NCBI GenBank assembly: GCA_030583685.1
Contig: CP129470.1
Location: forward strand, 701,412 to 743,291
Reading direction: 5' to 3'
DNA: 41,880 nt
From: Candidatus Dojkabacteria bacterium
GTDB taxonomy: Bacteria; Patescibacteriota; Dojkabacteria; GCA-002793355
The translations under genes were made by a program, and so were the position numbers. Below are positions 34,381 to 41,880 of this stretch, piece by piece. Positions within the stretch are counted from its first letter, which is position 1. Each line of letters opens with the position of its first letter. Below the pieces are notes generated by a model. That model was not told the DNA's origin, searched no databases, and saw only the letters and a program-made list of their open reading frames with translations.

Positions 34381-34793
34381 GAAAAGTAAAAGCAGGAGAT
34401 TCTGTTGTTGTCATGACTGGCGACGAGAAAGGAAAAAAGGGAAAGGTACTTTCAGTGCTCGGCGATCGAGTGATTGTTGAAGGTATTAACAAAATGAAAA
34501 AGTTTGTAAAGAAGAATGTTATGGGGCAGAATCAACAAGGAACAGTCGTTGAAATTGAGCGCCCACTTCATATTTCCAATGTTCAAGTACTTGATCCAAA
34601 AACTGGTTCAGGAACTCGAGTGAAGTTTACTCAGACAAACGGCAAGAAGGTAAGAGTCTCAGCGAAGTCTGGCGAAGTGGTCGTTTCCGTCGCGGTAGAA
34701 ACAGAAACAGCAGAGGTAGAGAAACCTGAAAAGAAAGTAACCAAAAAGAAGAAAGTAGTTAAGTCAAAGAAGTCTAAGAATGAAACCGCTTAA
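34377..34793 (+). CDS. rplX: 50S ribosomal protein L24 with Lys-rich C-terminal tail
   Basis: KOW motif VKAGDSVVVMTGDEKGKKGKV. About 35 extra residues are rich in K/E/V. Confidence 0.9.
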   Translation: MRKVKAGDSVVVMTGDEKGKKGKVLSVLGDRVIVEGINKMKKFVKKNVMGQNQQGTVVEIERPLHISNVQVLDPKTGSGTRVKFTQTNGKKVRVSAKSGEVVVSVAVETETAEVEKPEKKVTKKKKVVKSKKSKNETA

Positions 34794-35319
34794 AGAACGA
34801 TTCGAAAAAGAAATATTACCGAAGTTCATGGCAGATCATGGTATTACCAATCCAATGGCAGCTCCAATTCCACAGAAAGTTGTTCTCAACATGGGGATTG
34901 GCGAAGCGCTAAAAGATAAGGGAGTTGTCGAGCCTCTTCTGAAAGATTTAGAAGTAATTGCAGGACAAAAACCAACGCCAACGAAGGCAAAAAAGAGTAT
35001 CGCAGATTACGGGCTTCGAAAAGGTGATGTTGTCGGCTTGAAAGTGACGCTGAGACGTGATAGAATGTGGCACTTTATTGATAAGCTCATTAACATCGTT
35101 TTACCGAGAGTTAAAGACTTCCGAGGTATTTCTCCAACAGCGTTTGACGCAAAAGGAACATACACATTGGGAGTGACTGAACTCGTTGTCTTCCCTGAAA
35201 TTGATGCGACAAAAGTCGTTAAGGCAAAAGGTTTTGCAATAACAATCACGTTCTCAAACGGAACGAAAGAGTTAACAAGCGATTTAATGAAAAGATTAGG
35301 TTTTATTTTTAAAGAATAA
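34780..35319 (+). CDS. rplE: 50S ribosomal protein L5
   Basis: Family match (KVVLNMGIGEA...) and operon position. Confidence 0.95.
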   Translation: MKPLKERFEKEILPKFMADHGITNPMAAPIPQKVVLNMGIGEALKDKGVVEPLLKDLEVIAGQKPTPTKAKKSIADYGLRKGDVVGLKVTLRRDRMWHFIDKLINIVLPRVKDFRGISPTAFDAKGTYTLGVTELVVFPEIDATKVVKAKGFAITITFSNGTKELTSDLMKRLGFIFKE

Positions 35320-35325
35320 GAAACG

Positions 35326-35520
35326 ATGTCAAGAAAAACTCGCGAAGCAAAACATAAAAGACTGCTGAAAAGAGCACCTTTTAAAACCCGAATTTATAAT
35401 CAATGCTCACGATGTGGAAGGCGCTCTGCATATATCCGAGATTTCGGTCTTTGCAGAATTTGCTTCCGTGAACTTGCGCATCAAGGATTACTTCCAGGTG
35501 TAACTAAATCGAGCTGGTAA
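35326..35520 (+). CDS. rpsZ: 30S ribosomal protein S14, zinc-binding type Z
   Basis: 64 aa with CSRCGR...CRIC (CxxC-N12-CxxC). Confidence 0.9.
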   Translation: MSRKTREAKHKRLLKRAPFKTRIYNQCSRCGRRSAYIRDFGLCRICFRELAHQGLLPGVTKSSW

Positions 35521-35523
35521 ACG

Positions 35524-35907
35524 ATGACGAACTATAGTATTGGAGATGTATTAATAAGACTTAAGAATGCTGCAATGGTCAGCAAGAAGGTTATTGAGGT
35601 TCCAAAGTTTAAGTATGCAATTTCTGTCTTAGAGGTGTTAACCAAGAAGGGTTTTATCGAGGGTTACGATATCATGGGGCGTGAAATTTCAGTCAAAATG
35701 AAATATTCAGATCGTGGTCTGAGTGCAATTCAAGATATCAAATTGTTTTCTCGCCCTGGGCGACGATGGTATGTAAAAGCTGAAGAGATGAGACCAGTTC
35801 GTTCCGGAACAGGAATTCAAATTGTATCGACACCACAAGGTGTTATGACAACTGCCGATGCAAAAAAGCAGAATGTCGGAGGTGAACTTATCTGTGAAAT
35901 TTGGTAA
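35524..35907 (+). CDS. rpsH: 30S ribosomal protein S8
   Basis: IGDVLIRLKNA start and operon position. Confidence 0.95.
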   Translation: MTNYSIGDVLIRLKNAAMVSKKVIEVPKFKYAISVLEVLTKKGFIEGYDIMGREISVKMKYSDRGLSAIQDIKLFSRPGRRWYVKAEEMRPVRSGTGIQIVSTPQGVMTTADAKKQNVGGELICEIW

Positions 35908-35909
35908 TT

Positions 35910-36449
35910 ATGTCACGAGTAGGATTGAAAAAAATAATAGTACCAGAAGGCGTGACCGTAACTGTTTCTGCTGATTCTGTTGTTGTTAAAGGCAAACATG
36001 GAGAGCTAGCAGAGGCGACCCCCGTAGGAATTACCGTGAAGATGGAAGGAAACACCATCACTGTCGAGAGAAAGAATGACTCAAGAAAGATGAAAATGCT
36101 TCATGGAACAGTTCGAGCGTTGATTGCAAATATGATCACTGGCGTATCGGAAGGATTCACCGTTGAGCTAGAACTTTCTGGCGTAGGCTATCGTGTTTCT
36201 CTCGAAGGAAACAATCTATCTTTGGCTATTGGCTACAAACACTTAGTGAAGTATCCGATCCCTGCCTATGTGAAAGTTGAGGTTCCCTCTCAAACCAGCA
36301 TTAAGATGTGGGGAATCGACAAACAAAAACTTGGATTGTACGCATCAATGGTTCGAGCCTTGAAACCGCCAGAAGTGTATAAAGGTAAAGGTATTCGATA
36401 TGTTGGAGAATACGTTCGTAAAAAAGAAGTTAAAACAGCAGCAGCATAA
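35910..36449 (+). CDS. rplF: 50S ribosomal protein L6
   Basis: MSRVGLKKIIVPEGV start and operon position. Confidence 0.9.
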   Translation: MSRVGLKKIIVPEGVTVTVSADSVVVKGKHGELAEATPVGITVKMEGNTITVERKNDSRKMKMLHGTVRALIANMITGVSEGFTVELELSGVGYRVSLEGNNLSLAIGYKHLVKYPIPAYVKVEVPSQTSIKMWGIDKQKLGLYASMVRALKPPEVYKGKGIRYVGEYVRKKEVKTAAA

Positions 36450-36465
36450 GTTTGAGTAAAGAAGT

Positions 36466-36813
36466 ATGGAATTACAAGTAAAAAGAAACAGAACACGATT
36501 TAAACTGAAAATGAACAGCAAGCTACCTCGTGTATCAGTTGATAAATCAAATCGATACTTTTTTGCACAACTTGTTGATGTACACAGTGCGGGTAAAGTA
36601 CTTGCAGCATTGCATGAAAAAGCGTTTGTCAAAACAGCAAAATTAGAGAAAGATAAGCCAGTTGCTCGCGCAGAAAAAATGGGTGAAGCATTTGGTAAGC
36701 TAGTGAAAGAGGCAGGATTTACCGCAGTTGCTTTTGACCGTTCTGGGTATGTTTACCACGGAAAAGTAAAGGCCTTTGCAGATGGCTTGAGAAAAGCAGG
36801 ATTAACATTATAA
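36466..36813 (+). CDS. rplR: 50S ribosomal protein L18
   Basis: Operon position, with C-terminal FDRSGYVYHGKVKAFADGLR. Confidence 0.9.
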   Translation: MELQVKRNRTRFKLKMNSKLPRVSVDKSNRYFFAQLVDVHSAGKVLAALHEKAFVKTAKLEKDKPVARAEKMGEAFGKLVKEAGFTAVAFDRSGYVYHGKVKAFADGLRKAGLTL

Positions 36814-36823
36814 CCGATGGTTC

Positions 36824-37381
36824 ATGGATAGAAACAATAACCGACAACAAAATAATAACCAAAGAGGAAACCGAAGGCCACCATTTGGTCAAGGGAATCG
36901 ACAACAAGAAGAAAAACTCTTTTCTGAGTTAGTTGCTTTACGACGTGTTGCGAAGGCAACAGCAGGTGCAAAGCGACTTCGCTTCAGCGCAGTGTTGGTT
37001 GTTGGAGACAAAAAAGGAAAAGTAGGTATTGCTATGGGTAAAGGAGCTGATCCACAGGAAGCAATTCAGAAAGCAATGAAAAAGGCGAACTCAAAACTTT
37101 TCTCAGTTGAAATGAATCAAGAGCGAAAAACAGTAACACATCGAGTTGAGGCGCAGTATAAGTCATCAAATGTTCTTATTAAACCTGCACCAATTGGTAC
37201 TGGTGTTGTTGCCGGAGGATCAATCAGAAAAGTATTGGAACTTGCTGGAATTGAAAATGTTGTAGCAAAACGAATGGGGGCAGCAAACTCCTTAACGAAT
37301 GCATACTGCACAATTTTAGCTTTGACTAAGTTGAAACAAGTGAAACGTGGAAGTAAATCTCCAAAAGTTAGTGCTGAATAA
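36824..37381 (+). CDS. rpsE: 30S ribosomal protein S5 with N/Q/R-rich N-terminal extension
   Basis: RRVAKATAGAKRLRFSAVLVVGD and GTGVVAGGSIR motifs. About 30 extra N-terminal residues (MDRNNNRQQNNNQRGNRRPPFGQGNRQQ). Confidence 0.9.
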   Translation: MDRNNNRQQNNNQRGNRRPPFGQGNRQQEEKLFSELVALRRVAKATAGAKRLRFSAVLVVGDKKGKVGIAMGKGADPQEAIQKAMKKANSKLFSVEMNQERKTVTHRVEAQYKSSNVLIKPAPIGTGVVAGGSIRKVLELAGIENVVAKRMGAANSLTNAYCTILALTKLKQVKRGSKSPKVSAE

Positions 37382-37781
37382 GCAGAAACGACGAGGTCGA
37401 GGCATTGGTAGTGGACAAGGTGGACACACCGTCGGTTACGGACAAAAAGGTCAAGGTTCTCGTGGTAGTCACAAAATTAAGAACACGGACGAAGGTGGAC
37501 AAATTCCGCTATACCGAAAGCTACCTGCACAACAAGGCTTTAAATCGCCCACAGGAAAGTCAGCGACAGTCACAATTTCTTGGCTAAACGCTCATACAAA
37601 AGCCGAGCAAATGGTTGACGCCGCATTTTTGATTGCTCACAATGTCATTAAGAAACCAACAGACAAAGCAAAAATTGTTGGAAAAGATAACGTTGCCCAC
37701 AAACTCACGATTCAAGGTATTCCCGTTACCGCAGGTGCTCGCAAGGCAATTGAAACTGCAGGTGGTGTCGTGATAGACTAA
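37347..37781 (+). CDS. rplO: 50S ribosomal protein L15
   Basis: KRRGRGIGSGQGGHTVGYGQKGQGSRGS motif. The GTG start overlaps the S5 end by 35 nt, leaving no room for L30. Confidence 0.85.
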   Translation: MEVNLQKLVLNKQKRRGRGIGSGQGGHTVGYGQKGQGSRGSHKIKNTDEGGQIPLYRKLPAQQGFKSPTGKSATVTISWLNAHTKAEQMVDAAFLIAHNVIKKPTDKAKIVGKDNVAHKLTIQGIPVTAGARKAIETAGGVVID

Positions 37782-37785
37782 TGCC

Positions 37786-39111
37786 ATGCTTGCATACTTC
37801 AAAAATAAGGACATAGTCCGAAAAATTTCATTCACGCTAATTATCTTGGCAATTTTTCGATTAGTTGCTGTTATTCCTATTCCTGGAATTCCCCAAAATG
37901 CGTTGCAAGATTTACTCACAGGTAATAATTTCGTTCAGGTTATTGGGCTGCTTTCTGGAGGAATGCTGCAAAGCATTGGTATCCTCACAATCGGTTTAGG
38001 CCCTTATATCAATGCTTCTTATATTTTCCAGTTATTAAGTGTTGCTATTCCTCAAATTAAGGAACTGTATCAAGGTGGACCGGTAGAGAGGAAAATGCTC
38101 ACCATGTATACACGATTACTTTCTATTCCGCTTGCCATTATTCAATCTGTTGTTATTTACACAATTCTTCAGAGACTTGGATTGTTAGGGACAGCTGCAA
38201 CACAATTACAAGTGGCTGCAATTATCGTAATGTTAACGTTTGGTGCTGCCTTTGCCATGTGGCTAGGTGAGTTGATTACTGAATTCGGAATGGGTGGTGG
38301 AACGTCTGTTATTATTTTGGCAGGAATTCTGGTATCTGTTCCCGCTCAATTAATGCGAGATTTCGAGACTATTGGTGTCAAATTTGGTACCATGAAACTG
38401 TGGGATACTGTTCCCATGCTTTCAATTGATGGTACCGCGCAGGCAATTAATAAATTCCTATTGCTGTTGGGGCTCATCCTTGGTTCAATTATACTTGCCT
38501 TGATTGTGGCACTATCAGTAAGAAAGATTAAGTTAATCTATGCTCGTCGTGTGCGACCTACCGGGATTGGTGGTTATGCGAACTATATTCCCTTGAGTAT
38601 TAATACCGCTGGGGTTATGCCGGTCATCTTTGCGATCTCAATTCTTGATCTTCCCCGAATTGTGTTTCAGTACTTAGCAACGCAGGTGCAGAATCCTGGT
38701 TTTGTCACTTTTGCAAATAATGTGGTGAACTTTCTCTCAAATCAGCTCTATTACGATGGGTTGCTTATGTTGATTACTATATTCTTTGCGTTTTTCTCTG
38801 CATACATCGTGTTTAAACCAGAGGAAGTAGCGGAGAATATTAATAAGCAAGGAGCTTTTATTGAAGGCGTTCGCCCGGGAAAAGCAACGCAGCGCTTCTT
38901 AAATAAAGCGTTGCTGACAACCACGCTCTTTGGTGCGTTACTGCTGGCAGTAATTGTTGCGGGCCCAAATATCCTTGTGCAGCAGTTCGGACTTCCACAG
39001 CAGGTGATTACCGGTACAGGAGCAATGATTATGGCTTCGGTAGTCATGGATATGACTCGACAAGTGCAGGCAATGCGAGCAATGGATCAGAAAGATAAGA
39101 ATTACTACTAG
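37786..39111 (+). CDS. secY: preprotein translocase subunit SecY
   Basis: 441 aa with 10 hydrophobic segments and a typical SecY N-terminus (ILAIFRLVAVIPIPGI). Confidence 0.95.
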   Translation: MLAYFKNKDIVRKISFTLIILAIFRLVAVIPIPGIPQNALQDLLTGNNFVQVIGLLSGGMLQSIGILTIGLGPYINASYIFQLLSVAIPQIKELYQGGPVERKMLTMYTRLLSIPLAIIQSVVIYTILQRLGLLGTAATQLQVAAIIVMLTFGAAFAMWLGELITEFGMGGGTSVIILAGILVSVPAQLMRDFETIGVKFGTMKLWDTVPMLSIDGTAQAINKFLLLLGLILGSIILALIVALSVRKIKLIYARRVRPTGIGGYANYIPLSINTAGVMPVIFAISILDLPRIVFQYLATQVQNPGFVTFANNVVNFLSNQLYYDGLLMLITIFFAFFSAYIVFKPEEVAENINKQGAFIEGVRPGKATQRFLNKALLTTTLFGALLLAVIVAGPNILVQQFGLPQQVITGTGAMIMASVVMDMTRQVQAMRAMDQKDKNYY

Positions 39112-39114
39112 ACA

Positions 39115-39867
39115 ATGCGCCAACTCCCAGAAAAAGTTGTTCTCATGAAAGAAGGAGGACGAATACTGACGACAATTATGTCTCACGTTTTATCGAACAT
39201 CTCCGTAGGTACGACGGGGTTCGATTTGGAAAAAATCTTTGCACACCAAATTTCTCAAGCGAAAGTTCATTCGGCGTTTCAAGGGTATGAAGGGTATCCG
39301 TACCATTTATGTATTGGCGTAAACGATATGGTTGTTCATGGATTTCCGTCTGACAAAAAGTATCAAAACGGAGACATTGTTTCAGTAGATATGGGCATTA
39401 TTTACAAAGGTTATTATGTAGATATGGCACGAACTGTCGTCGTGGGAGAGGATATTCATCAGTATCAACCATTTATTGAAGCGGTAAAAAAAGCACATTT
39501 TGCTTCAGTTGCACAAGCTGCAGTTGGGGCAAAAGTTGGTGATATGGCTGCTGCTTCTCAACAGATTGTTGAAGGTGAGCATCCATACGGAGTTGTCAGA
39601 GAAATGGTTGGACATGGCGTTGGCGAACGACTCCATATGTTGCCAGACGTGCCTGGATACGGAAAAGCTCATTCAGGACCCGTACTCAAAGAATTTCAAA
39701 CACTTGCGGTGGAAATCATTGCGATTCGACACAAAAACCCTGCAATAAAGACACTCTCCGATGGTTGGCAAACAAAATCTGTTACCGGTGAAGTATGCGC
39801 AATCTATGAGAATACTATCTTTGTCGGAAAATCAGGTGGAGAGTTATTGACCGGAAGCAGAGAGTAG
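39115..39867 (+). CDS. map: type I methionine aminopeptidase
   Basis: The metal-ligand context is conserved: VSVDMG...YYVDMARTV, GHGVGERLH, LAVEIIA, AIYENTI. Confidence 0.9.
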   Translation: MRQLPEKVVLMKEGGRILTTIMSHVLSNISVGTTGFDLEKIFAHQISQAKVHSAFQGYEGYPYHLCIGVNDMVVHGFPSDKKYQNGDIVSVDMGIIYKGYYVDMARTVVVGEDIHQYQPFIEAVKKAHFASVAQAAVGAKVGDMAAASQQIVEGEHPYGVVREMVGHGVGERLHMLPDVPGYGKAHSGPVLKEFQTLAVEIIAIRHKNPAIKTLSDGWQTKSVTGEVCAIYENTIFVGKSGGELLTGSRE

Positions 39868-40089
39868 CGTACAATTCCAGGTAGGGATGAGTACGTCTAG
39901 ATTCTCCACACTGGTGACAGCAGAGAACCGAAATAATGAGTGAATCTACAAAAATCGGCACAGATTCGCAATTCCGCCGACATGTGAAACCGAACGAAAA
40001 CTATGGAAAAAATAGAGCAGTATGCAATATTTGTGAAATAATCGTTTCTGGCAGGTACTAATCCTCGTATTAAGTTAATTATTTATAGT

Positions 40090-41604
40090 ATGACCGCAGT
40101 CGTGGTATTTTTAGGTATCCTTGCCGCAGCAGGAGTTGGGGCAGCGCTTTACTTTCGCATTCAATTGCAAAAGGAGAAAGCAACATTTTCCTCACAATCT
40201 CAGGAGAAAGTAAAGGAAATTGCAAAACAATTGTTGCAGAACAAGTTTAAGGAAGCAGATCAAGAAGCAGAACAGCTTCGAAAGCAGGCAAAACAATTTT
40301 ACGAAAGAATCAAGAGCCAATTCCAATCTCAGCAAAAAGCATTAGAGCAGAAAGAAAAATTGCTTGAAGCACAGAGATTGAGTGTCGCAGACAAGGAAGT
40401 GTCATTGGTAAAAAAGGAAGAGGAAGTCGCTGAAACCCGCAAGAACTTGTTAATCAAGCTCGAAAAAGTCGCGGGAATGAGTAAAGAAGAGGTACAAGCA
40501 CAATACTTGAAGGAGTTTGAAGCAAGTTTGATTTCCTACAAAGCGAAGAAAATATCAGCCATTGAGAAAGAGATCAAGCTGGAGGCAGAAGAAAAAGCAC
40601 GCGAATTAATTGTTGATGCAATGCAGAGTGTTGCAACAGAATATGTTGACGAAATCACAGTTTCCCTCGTAGAAATTGGAAATGAGGAAATTAAGGGGAA
40701 GATTATCGGAAAAGAAGGGAGAAATATTCGCGCTTTTGAAAAGGTAACCGGTGTTGATGTTATTATTGATGAATCACCCACAGCTATTGGGCTTTCTTCG
40801 TATGACGGAGTGCGTCGAGAAATTGCACGAATTGCATTGGAACGACTGATTAAAGATGGAAGAATTCACCCCGTTACTATCGAAGAACAATATAATAAGG
40901 CGAAGAAAGATGTCATTGTTGAACTTGAGAAAACAGGAAAAATGATGGCAGAAAAAGCAAACTGGTTCGATGTACCAGCAGAGTTAGTACCAATTCTTGG
41001 ACGCTTGAAGTATCGACGAAGTAAAGGTCAGAATATGGTGGAGCATACCCTTGAAGTTATGGAAATTGCAGAATATATTGCACGAGAATTGAAGGCAGAT
41101 GTCAATGTTGTGCTAAAGGCAGCATTGTTGCATGACATCGGAAAAGTGTTGACCACAAAAGTAAAGAAACCACATCATCATATTAGTGGTGACGTTGGTA
41201 GAAAATATGGACTTGATGAAGTAATTGTCAACGCGATCGAGGCACATCATGAAGACATCGAGCCACAAAGTGTTGAAGCAGTTATTATGAAAATTGCTGA
41301 TGCTGCATCTGGTGCTCGAACTGGTGCACGTAAAGAAAATGTGGAAGATTATGTTGAAAGAATTGAAAATCTTGAGAAAACTGCCTACGAAGTTGCCGGT
41401 GATGCAGCCGAAGAAGTGTTCGCTGTTCGTGCTGGCCGTGAACTTCGAATTATGGTACGCCCAAGTCAGGTAAATGACGAAGCAGCAATGGTTATGGCAC
41501 AGAATATCGCGAAGAAGATCGACGAAACAGGAGTTTTTCCCGGTATTGTGAATGTCGTTGTCGTAAGAGAGGTGCGTGCACACGCAAGTTCGGGCAATTC
41601 TTAG
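40090..41604 (+). CDS. rny: ribonuclease Y
   Basis: N-terminal TM, coiled coil, KH domain (IIGKEGRNIRAFEKVTGVDVIIDE) and HD domain (ALLHDIGK...IEAHH). Confidence 0.9.
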   Translation: MTAVVVFLGILAAAGVGAALYFRIQLQKEKATFSSQSQEKVKEIAKQLLQNKFKEADQEAEQLRKQAKQFYERIKSQFQSQQKALEQKEKLLEAQRLSVADKEVSLVKKEEEVAETRKNLLIKLEKVAGMSKEEVQAQYLKEFEASLISYKAKKISAIEKEIKLEAEEKARELIVDAMQSVATEYVDEITVSLVEIGNEEIKGKIIGKEGRNIRAFEKVTGVDVIIDESPTAIGLSSYDGVRREIARIALERLIKDGRIHPVTIEEQYNKAKKDVIVELEKTGKMMAEKANWFDVPAELVPILGRLKYRRSKGQNMVEHTLEVMEIAEYIARELKADVNVVLKAALLHDIGKVLTTKVKKPHHHISGDVGRKYGLDEVIVNAIEAHHEDIEPQSVEAVIMKIADAASGARTGARKENVEDYVERIENLEKTAYEVAGDAAEEVFAVRAGRELRIMVRPSQVNDEAAMVMAQNIAKKIDETGVFPGIVNVVVVREVRAHASSGNS

Positions 41605-41613
41605 GCAAAACGC

Positions 41614-41642
41614 TTGACAAAGTGCGGAAACTGCATTATAAC
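41614..41642 (+). promoter_or_regulatory. sigma70-like promoter upstream of the HU gene
   Basis: TTGACA (41614-41619), 17-nt spacer, TATAAC (41637-41642). Confidence 0.5.
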
Positions 41643-41672
41643 TGAAAAAACAATAACAGGAGGAAAAGTAAA

Positions 41673-41880
41673 ATGACCAAAGCACAGCTATTCAGCATGC
41701 TTGCCGACAAAACAGGCATGTCTAAGAAGCAAGCAAAGGCAGCAGTCGAAGGATTCGTTGATGTTGTTACCGCATCTCTTAAAAAGGGTGAAGCAGTAAC
41801 CATCACCGGCTTCGGTAAGTTCTCAGTTGGACGACTCAAGGCACGAGACCAAGTCGTTCCAAAGAGCAACAAAGTTGTCA
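41673..41880 (+). CDS. hup: HU/IHF-family DNA-binding protein, truncated by the window edge
   Basis: MTKAQLFSMLADKTGMSKKQAKAAVEGFVDVVTASLKKGEAVTITGFGKFSV is preceded by AGGAGG (41658-41663). The frame is open to the window end, so it is missing from the ORF track. Confidence 0.85.
   Translation, partial: MTKAQLFSMLADKTGMSKKQAKAAVEGFVDVVTASLKKGEAVTITGFGKFSVGRLKARDQVVPKSNKVV

Noticed and set aside
39936-40061. 41-codon ORF (MSESTKIGTDSQFRRHVKPNENYGKNRAVCNICEIIVSGRY) in the map-rny spacer. It could be a missing small ribosomal protein or IF1.
   Set aside because: It does not resemble L36, IF1 or any small protein I recognise. It has no -10 box or SD in a suitable position, and it has only one CxxC pair.
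1-41880. Alternative genetic code (UGA recoded, as in some candidate phyla).
   Set aside because: TGA ends well-supported genes at the expected length (rplN at 34378-34380, the helicase at 23345-23347, the S8-like gene at 11416-11418). Conserved genes contain no in-frame TGA.
1-41880. CRISPR arrays, tandem repeat arrays, integrase/transposase/reverse-transcriptase genes and rRNA genes.
   Set aside because: I saw no regularly spaced direct repeats and no ORF with the corresponding catalytic motifs. The only repeats found are the two tRNA-trailer hairpins and the tRNA-Glu 3' duplication.

Overview
AT-rich, very gene-dense bacterial window using the standard code (TGA, TAA and TAG all end well-supported genes). 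The right half (25.8-39.9 kb) is a translation superoperon: fusA-tuf, then S10-L3-L4-L23-L2-S19-L22-S3-L16-L29-S17-L14-L24-L5-S14(Zn)-S8-L6-L18-S5-L15-secY-map. It has no L30, adk, infA or rpmJ, and is followed by RNase Y and HU. L30 loss, near absence of Shine-Dalgarno sequences and small divergent housekeeping genes suggest a Patescibacteria/CPR-like reduced genome (inference only). The left half mixes housekeeping genes (L27, LepB, ParB-like, MscL, archaeal-type AspRS, NDK, orphan GroES, UvrD/PcrA) with three tRNAs (Leu-TAG, Glu-TTC, Ser-GGA) and accessory material. Main observations: (1) EF-G and EF-Tu have both lost the Asp of the NKxD guanine-specificity motif (NKLN and NKFG), and their G5 regions are also altered. 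(2) A T-box leader upstream of aspS has a textbook antiterminator (UGGC bulge), and its alternative helix buries the AUG rather than forming a terminator. (3) A conserved hairpin element sits 14 nt downstream of two tRNAs, and a 29-nt duplicate of the tRNA-Glu 3' end lies nearby. (4) An island remnant beside tRNA-Ser carries a frameshifted ImmA/IrrE gene, a cytosolic S8-like peptidase and a small (p)ppGpp-hydrolase-like HD protein. (5) An uncharacterised envelope cluster (15.2-21.3 kb) encodes two small TM proteins, a signal-peptide polytopic membrane protein, a 978-aa membrane-anchored protein with a Cys-rich HExxH C-terminal domain, and a secreted Ig-like/SH3b protein. (6) A -10 box lies 5-7 nt upstream of the ATG at about eight genes, implying leaderless mRNAs. 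I saw no CRISPR array, integrase, transposase, reverse transcriptase or rRNA gene.
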